From: the human T2T-CHM13v2.0 reference genome, Homo sapiens
Direction: 5' to 3' (one strand)
Assembly (NCBI RefSeq): GCF_009914755.1
Contig: NC_060933.1
Length of the DNA: 64,000 nucleotides
Shown here: positions 26,901 through 38,590 of the stretch, in pieces
How the letters are laid out: the number at the start of each line of letters is the position of its first letter
How positions within the stretch are numbered: position 1 is the stretch's first letter
Made by a program: the position numbers and the translations under genes
Notes under the pieces: generated by a model
What the model was told of the DNA's origin: nothing
Seen by the model: the letters and a program-made list of their open reading frames with translations, nothing else
The model's database searches: none

Positions 26901-28269
26901 TGTTTTAAGACAACCAAACCTGTACAAATAAGCACAAATCCTCCACCATGCTTTCACTAGGAGAAAAATGACATTTATTCAACTTCTGTGACTCAGCAGT
27001 TTAAAAGGACAATGGGACATTTCTTGCAGGACCTGGTCCTCCTGATAAGGACTAGCCATTACCTAGGAAATCTGGGAACCAGGCAAACATTCATCTCATT
27101 GGGGAGAGCAAAGGTGAACAGACCCATGGGAGGCTGCGGGAGGGTCATAGCAGCCCAATGGCCAGAGGTGTGTCTCTCCTCACTCCTGCCCAGGTAACTT
27201 TTATATGCTGAGCCTATCAACTCCCCTGGGGTGAGGTGGGGTGGGTTGCAGGAAACCAGCTCTATTCTGATAACCACAGAACAAAAGGGTTGGTAGCCTC
27301 TAGAAAAAATACCCAAATAAGACAGAGCAAGTATAGACTTTTCACTCATACAACGAACAGTTTTTTAACACCTACTCTGTGTCAGATTCCTAGTGCTGGG
27401 GATATGTTGATGAGAAAATACACAAAATACGTGCCTTCGCAGAGCTTTCAGTTGAGCAATGAGGGAAATCCTACACCAAAGAACCTCACTGGTGAATGCA
27501 TACTTAACACATTGCCTCTGTTGATCTGAAGGAAGCCTCCAGAGCTACAAGCCCTTACAGAGTGCCAAAACCACCTCTCCATCTCTTCCAGTTAATTCTT
27601 CAGTCTCAGTTCATAACATGCTCCCTTAGTCCAGGTCAAACTCCCTGATATTGGCTGATACTCAAATTTCTGTTAAATGCACATATGAAGAAATAAATGC
27701 TCTAAGTCCATTTATTACAAAGTTTTCTCAATTCTTACACATATTGATTGCAAGGTATACAAACAATTTGATAACACTTTCTCTTTTTTTTGGTTGGGAG
27801 TGGGAAGGGAGGAGTTAGAAAAAAACACACACACACACATTAAAATTTCCAGACCATACGATGCATCTAAATTTCATGAGTTTGAAAATACAGAGAGAAA
27901 TGAGTTTTAGAAACAAGGAAAAGCAGTACTTAGTGACTTGCAACCATCATCTGCTCATCACCTGGGCAGGGGCAGGGGAGTATACATTAGTACATCAGTA
28001 TTTTCTGCATCTGCCTGTAGGAACCTCAAGGCCAGGGAAGGTCAGACTTGGTGTAATGCAAGGGTTCATATGGCAGTTTGTATTTTCCAAAGCCTCTCAT
28101 TCCTCATGTTCTTCTTATAAGGTGGCATCAACACTCCTCCTACCAAGAAGTAAAGTCTGTTCCCTCCTCTTGCATCTAGAGGATGAGTGCATGCCGGGGG
28201 TGCGGGAGGTGGGGTAGTGGGAGAGGAGGGAATGGGTAACTTCTCCAAACTATAGAATACAGTGGAAAG

Positions 28270-28546
28270 GGCCAGGTGCGGTGACTCATGCCTGTAATCC
28301 CAACATCTTGGGAGGCTAAGGCAGGTGGATCACTTGAGGCCAGGAGTTTGAGACCAGCCTGGCCAATATGGCGAAAACCTATCTCTACTAAAAATACAAA
28401 AAATTAGCAAAGCATGGTGGCACATGCCTGTTTGGAAGGCTGATGCACAAGAATCACTTGAACCTGGAAGGCGGAGGTTGCAGTGAGCAGAGATTGTGCC
28501 ACTGATGGAGTGAGACTCTGTCTCAAAAAAAAAAAAAAAAAAAAAA
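28270..28546 (+). mobile_element. AluS with two small right-arm deletions
   Basis: Dimer + poly-A; TSD agaat(a/g)ca(g/a)tggaa. Confidence 0.93.
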
Positions 28547-28775
28547 GAATGCAATGGAAGAGACACAATGCAACTTCCAAGGCTACGTTACCTCTCTGCC
28601 TAGCTCTGGCTGTCTCCTAGGATGCTCATCCTCAGTACAGTTCAGCTGCCATGTTGGCAGGAAGCACAGGCCACATGAAGAGGTCATATGTAGGTGTTCC
28701 AGCTGACAGCATCAGAGAATGTCTCAACTGACAGCCGGCATCAACCACCAGACAAGTCCCTGAGTCAGAGCCTTC

Positions 28776-28836
28776 AGATAATTCCAGCCACTAGATTTCA
28801 GTGGCTGGAATTATCTTCAGCCACTGAAGATAATTC
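28776..28836. repeat. Interlocking perfect inverted repeats (17, 11 and 13 bp stems)
   Basis: 28776-28792/28800-28816; 28797-28807/28818-28828; 28808-28820/28824-28836. Confidence 0.95.
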
Positions 28837-29079
28837 AGTCACCCCAGCTGACATTAAGTGATGCAGGCAACCTGTCCCTACAGAGCCCTGAGCAATTTGT
28901 AGATCTGTGAGCAAAACATAGGTCATCATTAGTTCAAATCACTAAGTTTAGGGGGCAGTTTGTGATACAGCCATAGTAACTGAAACAGCATGCAAATGCT
29001 TACTGCTTCTTTCTTAGCAATAACCACAGAAACATGGTAACAGTTAAGTTTTATGTCCTGCTTTAGAGTTTGCTTCTTG

Positions 29080-29390
29080 CACTCTTTCATTTCACCAATA
29101 AATTATTGTAATCACCTCCACCTCACATGCAAGAAAATTGAGACACAGAAAGACAAAGCAATTTGTCCACAGTCATACCTTCTTCTCCATGGGAACAAGA
29201 CAAGGGTTACTGGAGTTATTAAGAGGAATTAAAGGAGTGCAGTTTTGAATGCCGGCTCTTCCCCGTTTCTTGCTGCCTGCCTTCGGATAAGTCATTAACC
29301 TCTCTGAGTCTCGGTTCTCTCATTGTGAAATGCAGATGAAAATAGTACCACTTTGTGGAATTTTTATTCAATGTTTAACTACACAAGCAG
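29080..29390. mobile_element. Two MIR fragments
   Basis: gaaaattgagacacagaaag...ttgtccacagtcatac; aacctctctgagtctcggttctctcattgtgaaatg. Confidence 0.65.
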
Positions 29391-29669
29391 CACTGAAGAC
29401 AAAGTCAGGCCCAGAGTCAGGCGCTCTTTTGTCTTGTGTCTCCAGCAGCACGGGGCCTTTGACAGGGCTGGCACTCCATGAACATTTCCTGGATGAATGA
29501 ACAAATGAATTGAACTCCCATCCACTAGGCCCCAAAATGCCTCCTCCTGTTATATCAGGATGCCACACTTAGGGCTTATAACTAGCAGGGTTGATTTTCC
29601 TTGGCAAATACTAAATGGAAACTGTGTACTGGGTTGGCACAGAATGGAAAAATTGGAATTTTTTCCTAC

Positions 29670-29698
29670 GCTTCTATGAATCTCCCATTCATAGAAGC
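29670..29698. repeat. Perfect 12-bp hairpin
   Basis: gcttctatgaat-ctccc-attcatagaagc. Confidence 0.9.
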
Positions 29699-30899
29699 AT
29701 TCAAAAATTCAGAATTTAAACACACAGCCACACACACATTGTAGCATCACACAGTGCTCATAAATCAGGGCTGGGATGCGCACTCCTTAAGGACTATTGC
29801 CCCAACCCTGGCTGAGCTCTTGCCCTCTGAGCCACAACAGTGGCTTACAGGTCTCTTCGCCCTGCACCCAACCCCAACACAAACCCACCACTTCCCCAGC
29901 TCGGCAGAGTGGCACTAGCTATTCTCTGCTGAAAACAAGGAACAGAAATCAATTTCGTTCTAGCCATACTGAGTGCAGCAAGCAGGATAAGGCTGAACTC
30001 TGTCAAACCAACAATGTAGAAAACCCGATTTAATACTAAGATGGACCCAATTCTCTGACAGGCGTGTTAAATGTGATTAAAGCTGCACAGCATTCCCTGC
30101 ATACCCATCTGCCATGTTGAGGAGCCCACAGCTGTTCTGATTTCTGATGTACAGTTTCTTGTCAGTTGTTTCAAATGTATCTCATCTTGCCTGTAATCTG
30201 GGCTCTCCCTCCCTTGCCCCTCTTCAGGCCAGCCTTGGCCAGCTTCTCTAAGCAGTTGCTGATATCCACATGCCTTTGGCCGCGGGTCTGTAGAGGCATG
30301 TGTGAGCTCTGGCTGGTGCAAAATGTGTGATCACAGAGAAAGCTTAGCGCTTTAGCGGCTGGAATGAGTCTCTTGGATCCTAAGCTGTTGTGACGCCACC
30401 ACCTGCAGCTCCTGCAGGTTTTTGCTGCAGGGTGAGGGGAAAGAGCAGGGACAAATCGTTTTTGATGCTACAGAGAGCTGTGCCTGAGATGCCTACATGC
30501 TACCATGGAAATACAATCTGAAAGCTGTGGAAGTCCAGTGCAGGCATACTTTGGGGTTGTGGAGAAAGGCAGAGGCAGAAATGGAAGTGGGGTTCTTCTG
30601 GGCAAGGGATGGAGTCCTCAGAGGCCATTGCAACCTTGTGCCCAGGAGGCACAGATAAGGTAGAGGACAGCTGATTTCAAGAGGACTGGACCACCTAGCA
30701 TTGACCCATATGGCATCTTCATGAGAATTTTTTAAAAGTTGGAGCTATGGCCCTGCACCAAGGTACACAACCTGGCAAGCAGGGCATAGGCTGGATTTCA
30801 GCCCCACTCACCCTCTTGACCAGGGGTCCTTGTGCAATAAACAACATGTACAACCACACATATCAACAATGAACAGAGGAAGAGCTCCAAGGAGCATAC

Positions 30900-31790
30900 G
30901 GAAGTCATGATGAGAAGTAGGGGGACAAAATAAGTGAAAAATGCCTGCCCTTAAGCAACTGAGAGCAAGCAAGGCTAGCAATATGGACGTGGAAAACACA
31001 GGAGAGCATAAGAGAAGGGCCAGGAGAGAAATAGAAAAACAGAGTGCCAAGGGATTCAAAGAGGAGAACATGCTTCTGGTTGGGGAAATCAAGAAAGGCT
31101 TGCAGAGAGAGATGGCATTTGAAATGAAAAGGAGAAAGGTACACAAAGACACTTCAAACAGAGAGGCATGAACAAAGAAATGGCAGAGGGGAGATCAGGG
31201 CCATGTAATGGGACAGTCCATAGTCCAATTTGTCTGGAGCTTTAAGTGGATGCAAGAGATGACATCTCACATCTCCCTCGGGCTCCACACAAGAAGGATG
31301 CTATGGCAGACACCTTATAAATGGAGAATGAGGCTCTGACCCTGACTCCCTCTCCATGTGTCTCTGGCCAGCCCATCTTCACCCTTGTGATGACCCCCCA
31401 CCACTTGTGCATTTGCTCATCGTGGCCTCCACTGTGCCATCACCTTCTTGTTTTGTTTCCTGGACGCTGGAGCACTAAAATAATTTGGGGATATATTATA
31501 GAGGATCTTGAATGACAACTATGGAGGATCTTGAACGTAACAAAGATGTGGACTTTGTAGCAGATCTAGGGATCAAGAAGAGCCACTGGCCATTTTTGAC
31601 ATGATTCATGGTCAAAGCAACATGATCAGAATGCACCTAGGAAAATCACCCTGTGGTGGAAGGACTGGAGAGGAACAAGGCAGGATGCTATGCTCTGGGT
31701 GGGGAAAATGGAGGGAGTGAAGGGGGCAGGAAGGAAAAGCAGGGCCATTTCAAAAGCCAATATGGAGACTAGAAAGGGTGTCAGGTGGAA
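30900..31790 (-). mobile_element. Diverged L2 interrupted by a ~195-bp non-L2 segment
   Basis: Purine-rich L2 antisense text (ggggaaatcaagaaaggcttgcagagagagatggcatttga; gagccactgg; aacatgatcaga). Confidence 0.55.
31281..31475 (+). repeat. Copy A of a ~200-bp dispersed direct repeat (copy B 33693-33897)
   Basis: First 34 nt identical, colinear to agcac. Confidence 0.92.
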
Positions 31791-31990
31791 AATTGGGTCA
31801 AATCATTGAATTGTCAGAATTAAGTCCTGCCAGCCTGCACTGGACTCCTGGATGCAAAGGCTGGGGTGTTGTGTTTCTACACACCCAACCGCAACACAGC
31901 AGAGGGTACTGACACGATGCTGGAGCCAGCCAATCAAAAAACGACTTGCTTGTGCAGGGGGAAACTGACTGCAGTACCTCTGTCTCCCAG

Positions 31991-32197
31991 ATAGTTGGTG
32001 TCTTCCTGGGGAATGATACAATGGGAATAACAGAAATGAAGTCATCAGACTGGAATGTTATTACAGAATCAATCACTTTCATGGAAATCTTTATTCCACT
32101 AATAGTCTCGTTTTAAGTATAAGATTTTATCTGTTTAGAAAGAAATGTAGGAGAGGGAAAAAAGAAGGTGAAGAGAAGAGTAGGGAGAAAAGATGAG
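31991..32197 (+). other. Candidate non-coding exon (207 nt)
   Basis: Branch-like ctgac at ~31965, acctctgtctccCAG|, donor GAG|GTAAGT. Confidence 0.35.
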
Positions 32198-32300
32198 GTA
32201 AGTCACATATACGCCTTCTTAAGTCTCCAATTCACTTGAGAACTTAAAGTCATAATAAATAGTTCAGAAACACAAACATACTGATTCTCCCTTAGCTATC

Positions 32301-33059
32301 TGTATTGACGTGCTGGGGCTGCTGTAACAAAGTACCACAAACTGGGTGGCTTCAGCAACAGAAATTCGTTGTCTTACGGTTCTGTTTTTTGTTTCGTTTT
32401 GTTTTTGGGATAGTATCTCGTTCTGTCACTCAGGTTGGAGTGCAATGGCACAAACAGCTCACTGCAACCTTGACCTCCTGGGCTCAAGTGATCCTTTCAC
32501 TTCACTGGGCCACAGGCATGCACCACCAAGCCCAGGTAATTCCTTTATTTTTTGTAGAGATGGGGTCTCCCCACCTTGCCCAGGCTAGTCTCAAACTCCT
32601 GGGCTCAAGCAATCCTCCTGCCTTGGCCTCCCAAATCCCAAAGGGATTATAGGCATAGGCCACCACACCTGGCCCTGTCTCACAGTTATGGAGGCTGGAA
32701 GTTCAAAATCAAGGGATCAGCAGGGCCAGGCCTTCTCAGAAACCTGTAAGGGAAACCTTCCTTGCCTCTTCCCAGCTTCTGGTGGTTTGCTGGCAATCTT
32801 TGGCGTTCCTTGGCTTGTCACTGCATAACATCAATCTCTGCCTTGATCTTCACATGGCATTTCCCCTGTGTGTCTCTCCTGACTCTTCTTATAAGGACAT
32901 TAGTCATATTGGATTAGGGACCAGTCCTACTCTTGTATAAACTCTTCTTAAATAATTACATCGACACCAACTCTATTTGCAAATAATATCAAGTTCTGAG
33001 ACACTAGGGATTAGGACTTCAACATATCTTTTTAAGGGGACACAACTCAACACCTAACA
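32301..33059 (-). mobile_element. MLT1C LTR, split by Alu
   Basis: tgtattg...gctgctgtaacaaagtaccacaaactggg ... ggggacacaactcaacacctaaca. Confidence 0.88.
32385..32674 (-). mobile_element. AluJ
   Basis: Diverged dimer; TSD tgtct(t/c)ac(g/a)gtt(c/a)tg. Confidence 0.9.
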
Positions 33060-33692
33060 CTCCCACATTTCCCTGTTCCTTCTCCCAGAAAGGTAGGGTT
33101 GGCTCCCAAAGAGGGCCTCATCTAAGAGATTCCTTCCCTGACCTCTCTCATCTCTTCACACCTAGGTTTCCACTCTAGGAATTTCTCAGGGAGGCAGAGT
33201 GGATTTGGTGTCATTGTAGGGAACCCCTATGACTGGTCCTTGGGGTCAAATCCTAACTGCAAGATTGGCTGGCTGTGGCCAAAAAAGCCCAGGGGCTCAT
33301 TTGGATCCTCCCCTACCTTGAGGTATTCCTAAGGAAGCACTGTTATTACCACCCTCACTCTGGTCAAAGGGGATGGCAGAGCCTTCTTGGCCTTCTGGCT
33401 CAAGTATGCACATACCCTTCACTGGGCGGGGTTTCTGCACAAATACACAAGTATTATCTTTGCTCATCTCCTATGATCTATGACACTCACTATGAAACTC
33501 CAGAGGTTGTCAAGAATACCATCCCTTCCCCAACCCTTCTATTTTCTGTTGTCAATTTGCTTTCTACAAGGGGTCCTCCTAGAGATATTTGAAGACATTT
33601 ATTTAGTACAATGTCCACTCCCACCCCCTTAGTCCTTTCTTCAGCAGAGATCAGTCCATTTAACTTCACATAGTAAGCCAACCAAGTCCTCA

Positions 33693-33897
33693 GGCTCCAC
33701 ACAAGAAGGATGCTATGGCAGACACCCTGAGCCTGGACAATGAGGCCCTGACTCCCATTCCGTGTATCTCTGGCCAGCCCATCTTTACCCTGACAAGGAC
33801 CCCCACTGCTTGTACATTTGCTCATCATGACCTCCACTGCGCCATCTTTTCTCCTAGACCATCATCTTCTTGTTTTGTTTCCTGGACTTTGAAGCAC
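33693..33897 (+). repeat. Copy B of the ~200-bp dispersed direct repeat
   Basis: Aligns to 31281-31475. Confidence 0.92.
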
Positions 33898-34749
33898 CAG
33901 CTTCCCTCCTGGAATGGCACATCAGCAGCCTGCTACCCCAGGCACAGCCACACCCTGTAGTGCAGTACAGATCCCATATCTGTAGGCTGCACCCTGCTGG
34001 CCTAGTCTCCCATGGACCCTCTTTCCTGAATGCAGAGAAGCCATGAGAATGAGTCAGGCACAACCCAACCCTGCCACATTTCTCCACGTGACTGCTCATC
34101 ACGGTGACAATGGTAATATTGGAATACCTCCCGCCCTAGGAAGGAATTATTTCAAAGGGGCTGATTGTTGCTTCCCAACTCCCCATGAGGCAAGCTCGTT
34201 AGCTTGCTCCACTCAACTAACCAGCCTGGGCAGAGCTGCTGCTGCATTTTAGGAAACGTGGCATTCTTTCTTGTCTCAGAAATAATTCAAACTCTTCCCT
34301 CAAAGCCCCAGTTCTTCAGTTCTGCTGACTCAATGCTTTCTTAAGATACATGTTGAAAATGACAACTCTGTATTAGAGAAAAACTTGAGTATAGGCCCTT
34401 CAGTTCTTTTAAAGACATCAGAAATCACTTAGTGATTTCCTTAAAGAAGAAACCAGTACTAATTGAAAATGAAGTTGGTTTAATTCAATAAATATTTGCT
34501 GGCAAATATGATATTTCAGGCACAAAAGACAAAAGAGAAATAAGGCACCATCCTCAACCTCACAAGTGCACGTTGGTGACAGAAGCACAGTACAAATGGC
34601 CACCCAACATTGGTATAACATCAAAGGTCATGTTCCTACAAGCCTGAGCTCTTCCTTTCCCAAACCTCAGGTCACATTTGTACCACTCTACTCAGATACT
34701 GGCAAAACTCAAATTGTCATTTACTAAGCACACCCATTTTAGATCAGGT

Positions 34750-34811
34750 ATAAATAAATAAATAAATAATAAGATAAAACCACAAAACATATCTGTATCT
34801 GTGCATATGTG

Positions 34812-34843
<32 letters not shown>

Positions 34844-34870
34844 CACATACACACACACACACACATACAC
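34750..34870. repeat. (TAAA)n then (TA)n(CA)n microsatellite
   Basis: Direct reading. Confidence 0.95.
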
Positions 34871-35200
34871 AGTGTGTATTGCAACCTCAAGAGATACAGT
34901 CACAAATGCCACAATCCAGAATGTCAAAATCCCTAAAGATCAAAATCCCTAAAGTCTAAAATTCCTAACATCTAAAATCCCTAATCTCTAAAATCCCCAA
35001 AATCACAATCCTGAAAGATTAAAATACCAAATGTTGAAATCTTGAAAGCAGAATCCTAGGGGAGAGATTAGTATATTTTCAGTTGTACACAGAGCTGCAT
35101 CATATTAGTTTCATCATCTTAGGCAAACTATTACCTTGTTAGTGTCTTTGTTTAGAAATTAAGTATAGTTTAAGGGTGCCAAGTGGACAAGGAGTGGATT

Positions 35201-35743
35201 TGTGGACTTAATTTTAAGTACTAACTTGACAGAATTAAGGAATACCTAGAAACCTGGTAAATCATTATTCTGGGTGTGTCTGTGAGGGTGTTTCCAGAGA
35301 TTAGTGTGTGAGTGTGAATGAACTAGGCAGGAAGATGTGCCCTCAGTGTTGGCAGGCACTGTCTAATCAGCCAAAGGCCCTGAACAAACAGATACAGAAG
35401 GTGAACTGGTCTTCCACTGAAGCTGAGAGAAATATTTCTTCTGCTGCTTTGGACATCAGAAATTCAGGCTCTGAGCTCTGGGACTTACACCAGTGGCACT
35501 CTGGGTCCTGAGGCTTTTGACCTTGGACAGAGAGTTACACCATCTGCTTTCTAGGTTCTAAGGCTTTTGAACTTGCACAGAGCCACACTGCCAGCATCCC
35601 AGGGTCTCCAGCTTACAGGTTGCCTATCATGGAACTTCTCAGCCTCCGTAACTGCGTGAGACAATTCCCCAGTAAATCCCTTCTTATATATCTAAATCTA
35701 TATCCTTTTGGTTCTATCTCTCTGGAGAACCCTGACTAATATA
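35201..35743 (+). mobile_element. MLT2B (ERVL) LTR carried inside Ricksha
   Basis: PPT-like gacaaggagtggatt before it; ends tctctggagaaccctgactaatata. Confidence 0.85.
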
Positions 35744-35800
35744 AATTTTGTATTGGGGAAATCAGATATTGTTCTTTCTTACTGCATTCCTTACAACATA

Positions 35801-35995
35801 ATGGAAGAGATCTGTGAAAGTTGTTCCCTCTAATTTAATTGTGTGAGGCTACTTAATGGTGAAAGATAAAAGTTTAAAACTAATTATTATTGGTGCTGCA
35901 AAAGCAGAAAATCACCTAATTGCAATAGCCAAGCAATATCCAGACTCTCAGATGGACGGCATATACTTACGAAATGTATAGACCACAACTATTCT
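35801..35995 (+). pseudogene. Decayed FLYWCH zinc-finger of a MULE transposase N-terminus
   Basis: Frameshifted translation GYLMVKDKSLK / NYYWCCKSRKSPNCNSQAISRLSDGRHILTKCIDHNY fits Y-WxC-x7-C-x20-HxH with the last H changed to Y. Confidence 0.65.
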
Positions 35996-38015
35996 CCAAA
36001 TAAAAGTGCAGCGAGTGTTTCCAAACTCAAAGATGTGAAAACAAATGAAAAACACAAGAAATCTCCCCTGCCAAATTATTCTATTGTATACAACTTCTGC
36101 CCCTTCACACATAGTGCCAATTGGCTATGCTATGAGTTTTATCTTTGCATCATTTCTAGTACTGGTGATATAAATTGCACAAAGACTTTTAGAGAGCTCT
36201 AATTCATTTTAGACATTTTTTATAAAAAATGGACACCAAGAAAGTGCTTTATTCACAATGTTGACTTTGTGTGTAAGCACTATGCATGTATGTAAAAAAT
36301 GTTGAAACTTCCTCAGTAAATGAAGATGTAAAGAATTTATCTTTCACAATGCAGATGTACAAAAAGGACCTCTCTTTGCACATCTGCATTTGTGAAAGAT
36401 ATGATTTCTTGAAGTCCCAATTCTTCGGGTGACTGCATATGCAGTGGTGACCCATTGTGGTTTTTGTTTGCTCTCGTCAAAAGATTGAGGTTGCCCATCA
36501 TGGTATTTCAGATGACCACAGTTATAAAGCTGGGTGTACAGAATTGCCAATCATAGTGGTATGCATTTATAAATTTCACTTTCTGACCTATTTCTTCATG
36601 TATATAGTTCATAACTGTTATGCTCTCATGACTGTTGTTAGTACACCTGACTGTTTATGCTTGCAAAAATATGCACGTTATTATTAACTAGTCTGTTCTG
36701 TAAAGCAGTCTATGAAGTATGCTGTCATTCTTTTATGCTTCTCAAATAAATCCCCCTTTTAAAATGTAAATACATTTATTTTAAAGAATTTTTATTTTTT
36801 CCAGAATTATATTTTGGGGATTTTGGACTAGGAATTTTGATCTTTTGGGGTTTCAACATTCAGGATTATGGTGTTTGGAATTGTGTCCTTTGGTATTATG
36901 ACCTAAACCCACCAACAAGTGGGAGAGCAAGGATTCAAACCCAGGTCTGTCCCATTCCAAAGAACATCCTCATGACCAATGTGCCAGTCAGACTGTCCAG
37001 GTGCTACTGTGCTCCAGGAAAACCTGAAGGGAAGGTTACAGATTGAGCCTCAAAATCCAGGTTAGGACCCAAACCTGGATCAGCATCATCCATTTTACAC
37101 ATTAACCCTGATGAAGGAGAGAAACTAGACCTGAAGACCAAAGAAGCAGATTCCAGGGGTCAGGGTGAGGTGGCCAACAGGAAACGAGGCTGCAGTTTGA
37201 AGGCCAAGGGGATGGAAACCAGGGGAAGGTGGGATGGGAGGAAGGAATATAAACTGGCCCTGAAGAAGGGTTTGGCACGTGGACTGTAAATGAGGAAAGG
37301 GTCTCACTCTGATTAGTCACTGGCCAGATGGGTGGACCCACCTGCCTCAGGGACAGTGACAAGTCTGGGACAGACCCATGGCAATGGCAGCCCCCACCTA
37401 GGCAGCTGCCAGAAATCCTGTGCAGAGTCCAGCACTGCTGACTCTGTCCTGTGACAGCTCTCAGATGCAACACGGGTGGATCCGTGGGCGCTTCCTTGAG
37501 GAGGCTGAGCACAGTCCAAATAATGCACAGCAGACTTTGATGGCCCTCCCAACCAAACCTTTTTAGGTTACAGACAGTGCTGTGTTTATACTCCCAGGGA
37601 CGGAACATCCTTTGCTCACAGCCCCACGCTCCACCCCCACCCACCATCTCCCCAACTTTGGCAAATGCCTAGACTCTGAGCAATCTGTGCAGACATGTTG
37701 TGAATCACTGTCAGTTCAAGTACACAATATTCCCTGATTTTAACCCTCCTTGGCTGGCTTGCCTTGCATGCTCCCACTCCAAGCACTGGTGGAGGCAAAC
37801 TCCATAAGGAAGCAGCACCCCCAGGGCTGTATGGAGCAGGCAGCAGGGAGCAACAGCAGGCAGGACAGCCACAGAACTAGGTGACTGATACCCATGAAGC
37901 TCAGACAGTGCCAGGCACAGTCCCAGAGACTTTACATTCCCACAGATCTGTGAGCAAGTGATTATTATGTCCATTGTGAGTGTGAGGAAATTGAGGTTCA
38001 GAAAGATTAATTTTC

Positions 38016-38311
38016 TTTTTTATTTTTTTGAGATGGAGTCTTACTCTTGCCACCCAGGCTGGAGTGCAGCAGAAATATCTCGGCTCACTGTACCTCCACC
38101 TTCCAGGTTCAAGCGATTCTCCTGCCTTGGCCTCCCAAGTAGCCAGGATTACAGGCACGCGCCACCATGCCCAGCTAATTTTTATATTTTTAGTAGAGAC
38201 GGGGTTTCATCACGTTGGCCTGGCTGGTCTTGAACTCCTGACCTCAGGTGATCGGCCTGCCTCGGCCTCCCAAAGTGCTGGGATTGCAGGCGTGAGCCAC
38301 CGCACCCGGTC
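38016..38311 (-). mobile_element. AluS inside a MIR
   Basis: Full dimer; 17-bp TSD cagaaaga(t/c)taattttc. Confidence 0.96.
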
Positions 38312-38429
38312 CAGAAAGACTAATTTTCATACACACTAAAGTGAGAGAGCTTAGATTTAAAACTAGATACGTTCTTCCTAATATACAATGTTCTATCTCA
38401 AATCATCATGTTTCCAATGATTTCTATTA

Positions 38430-38590
38430 GCAGCCATAATAGTAATAGCAGCAGCCTGTGGGCTAAACACTACACTAAGTGCTTTGTATGTACTAAGTCA
38501 TTTAATCTTTCCAAACAGCACTGAGGAAGATACAACTACTGTCTTCATTTTAGAAATGAGGATCTGAGGCAAGAGAGTTGAGCAGCAGGA
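38430..38590 (-). mobile_element. MIR
   Basis: ctaagtgctttgtatgtac...tcatttaatc...attttagaaatgagg. Confidence 0.7.

Larger units (their letters stand above)
28069..28987 (+). mobile_element. MLT1H-like LTR, split by Alu
   Basis: tggcagtttgtattttccaaa...atcaagaag-like body...gccatagtaactgaaaca. Confidence 0.75.
34871..36910 (+). mobile_element. Ricksha (MuDR/Mutator-like non-autonomous DNA transposon)
   Basis: Long diverged TIRs (~34871-34955 vs ~36825-36910, ending taaaccc); ~16-bp subterminal repeats aaaatccctaaagtct x5; internal MLT2B LTR. Confidence 0.88.

Noticed and set aside
34926-35005. Regular ~16-bp repeats
   Set aside because: No spacers; subterminal repeats of Ricksha, not CRISPR-like.
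37055-37080. 9-bp stem atccaggtt/aacctggat
   Set aside because: A few such stems are expected by chance in 64 kb; no duplication signature.
37102-37647. 181-aa minus-strand ORF in unique sequence
   Set aside because: No ATG start at that position, no recognisable domain or splice context; consistent with chance in GC-richer DNA.
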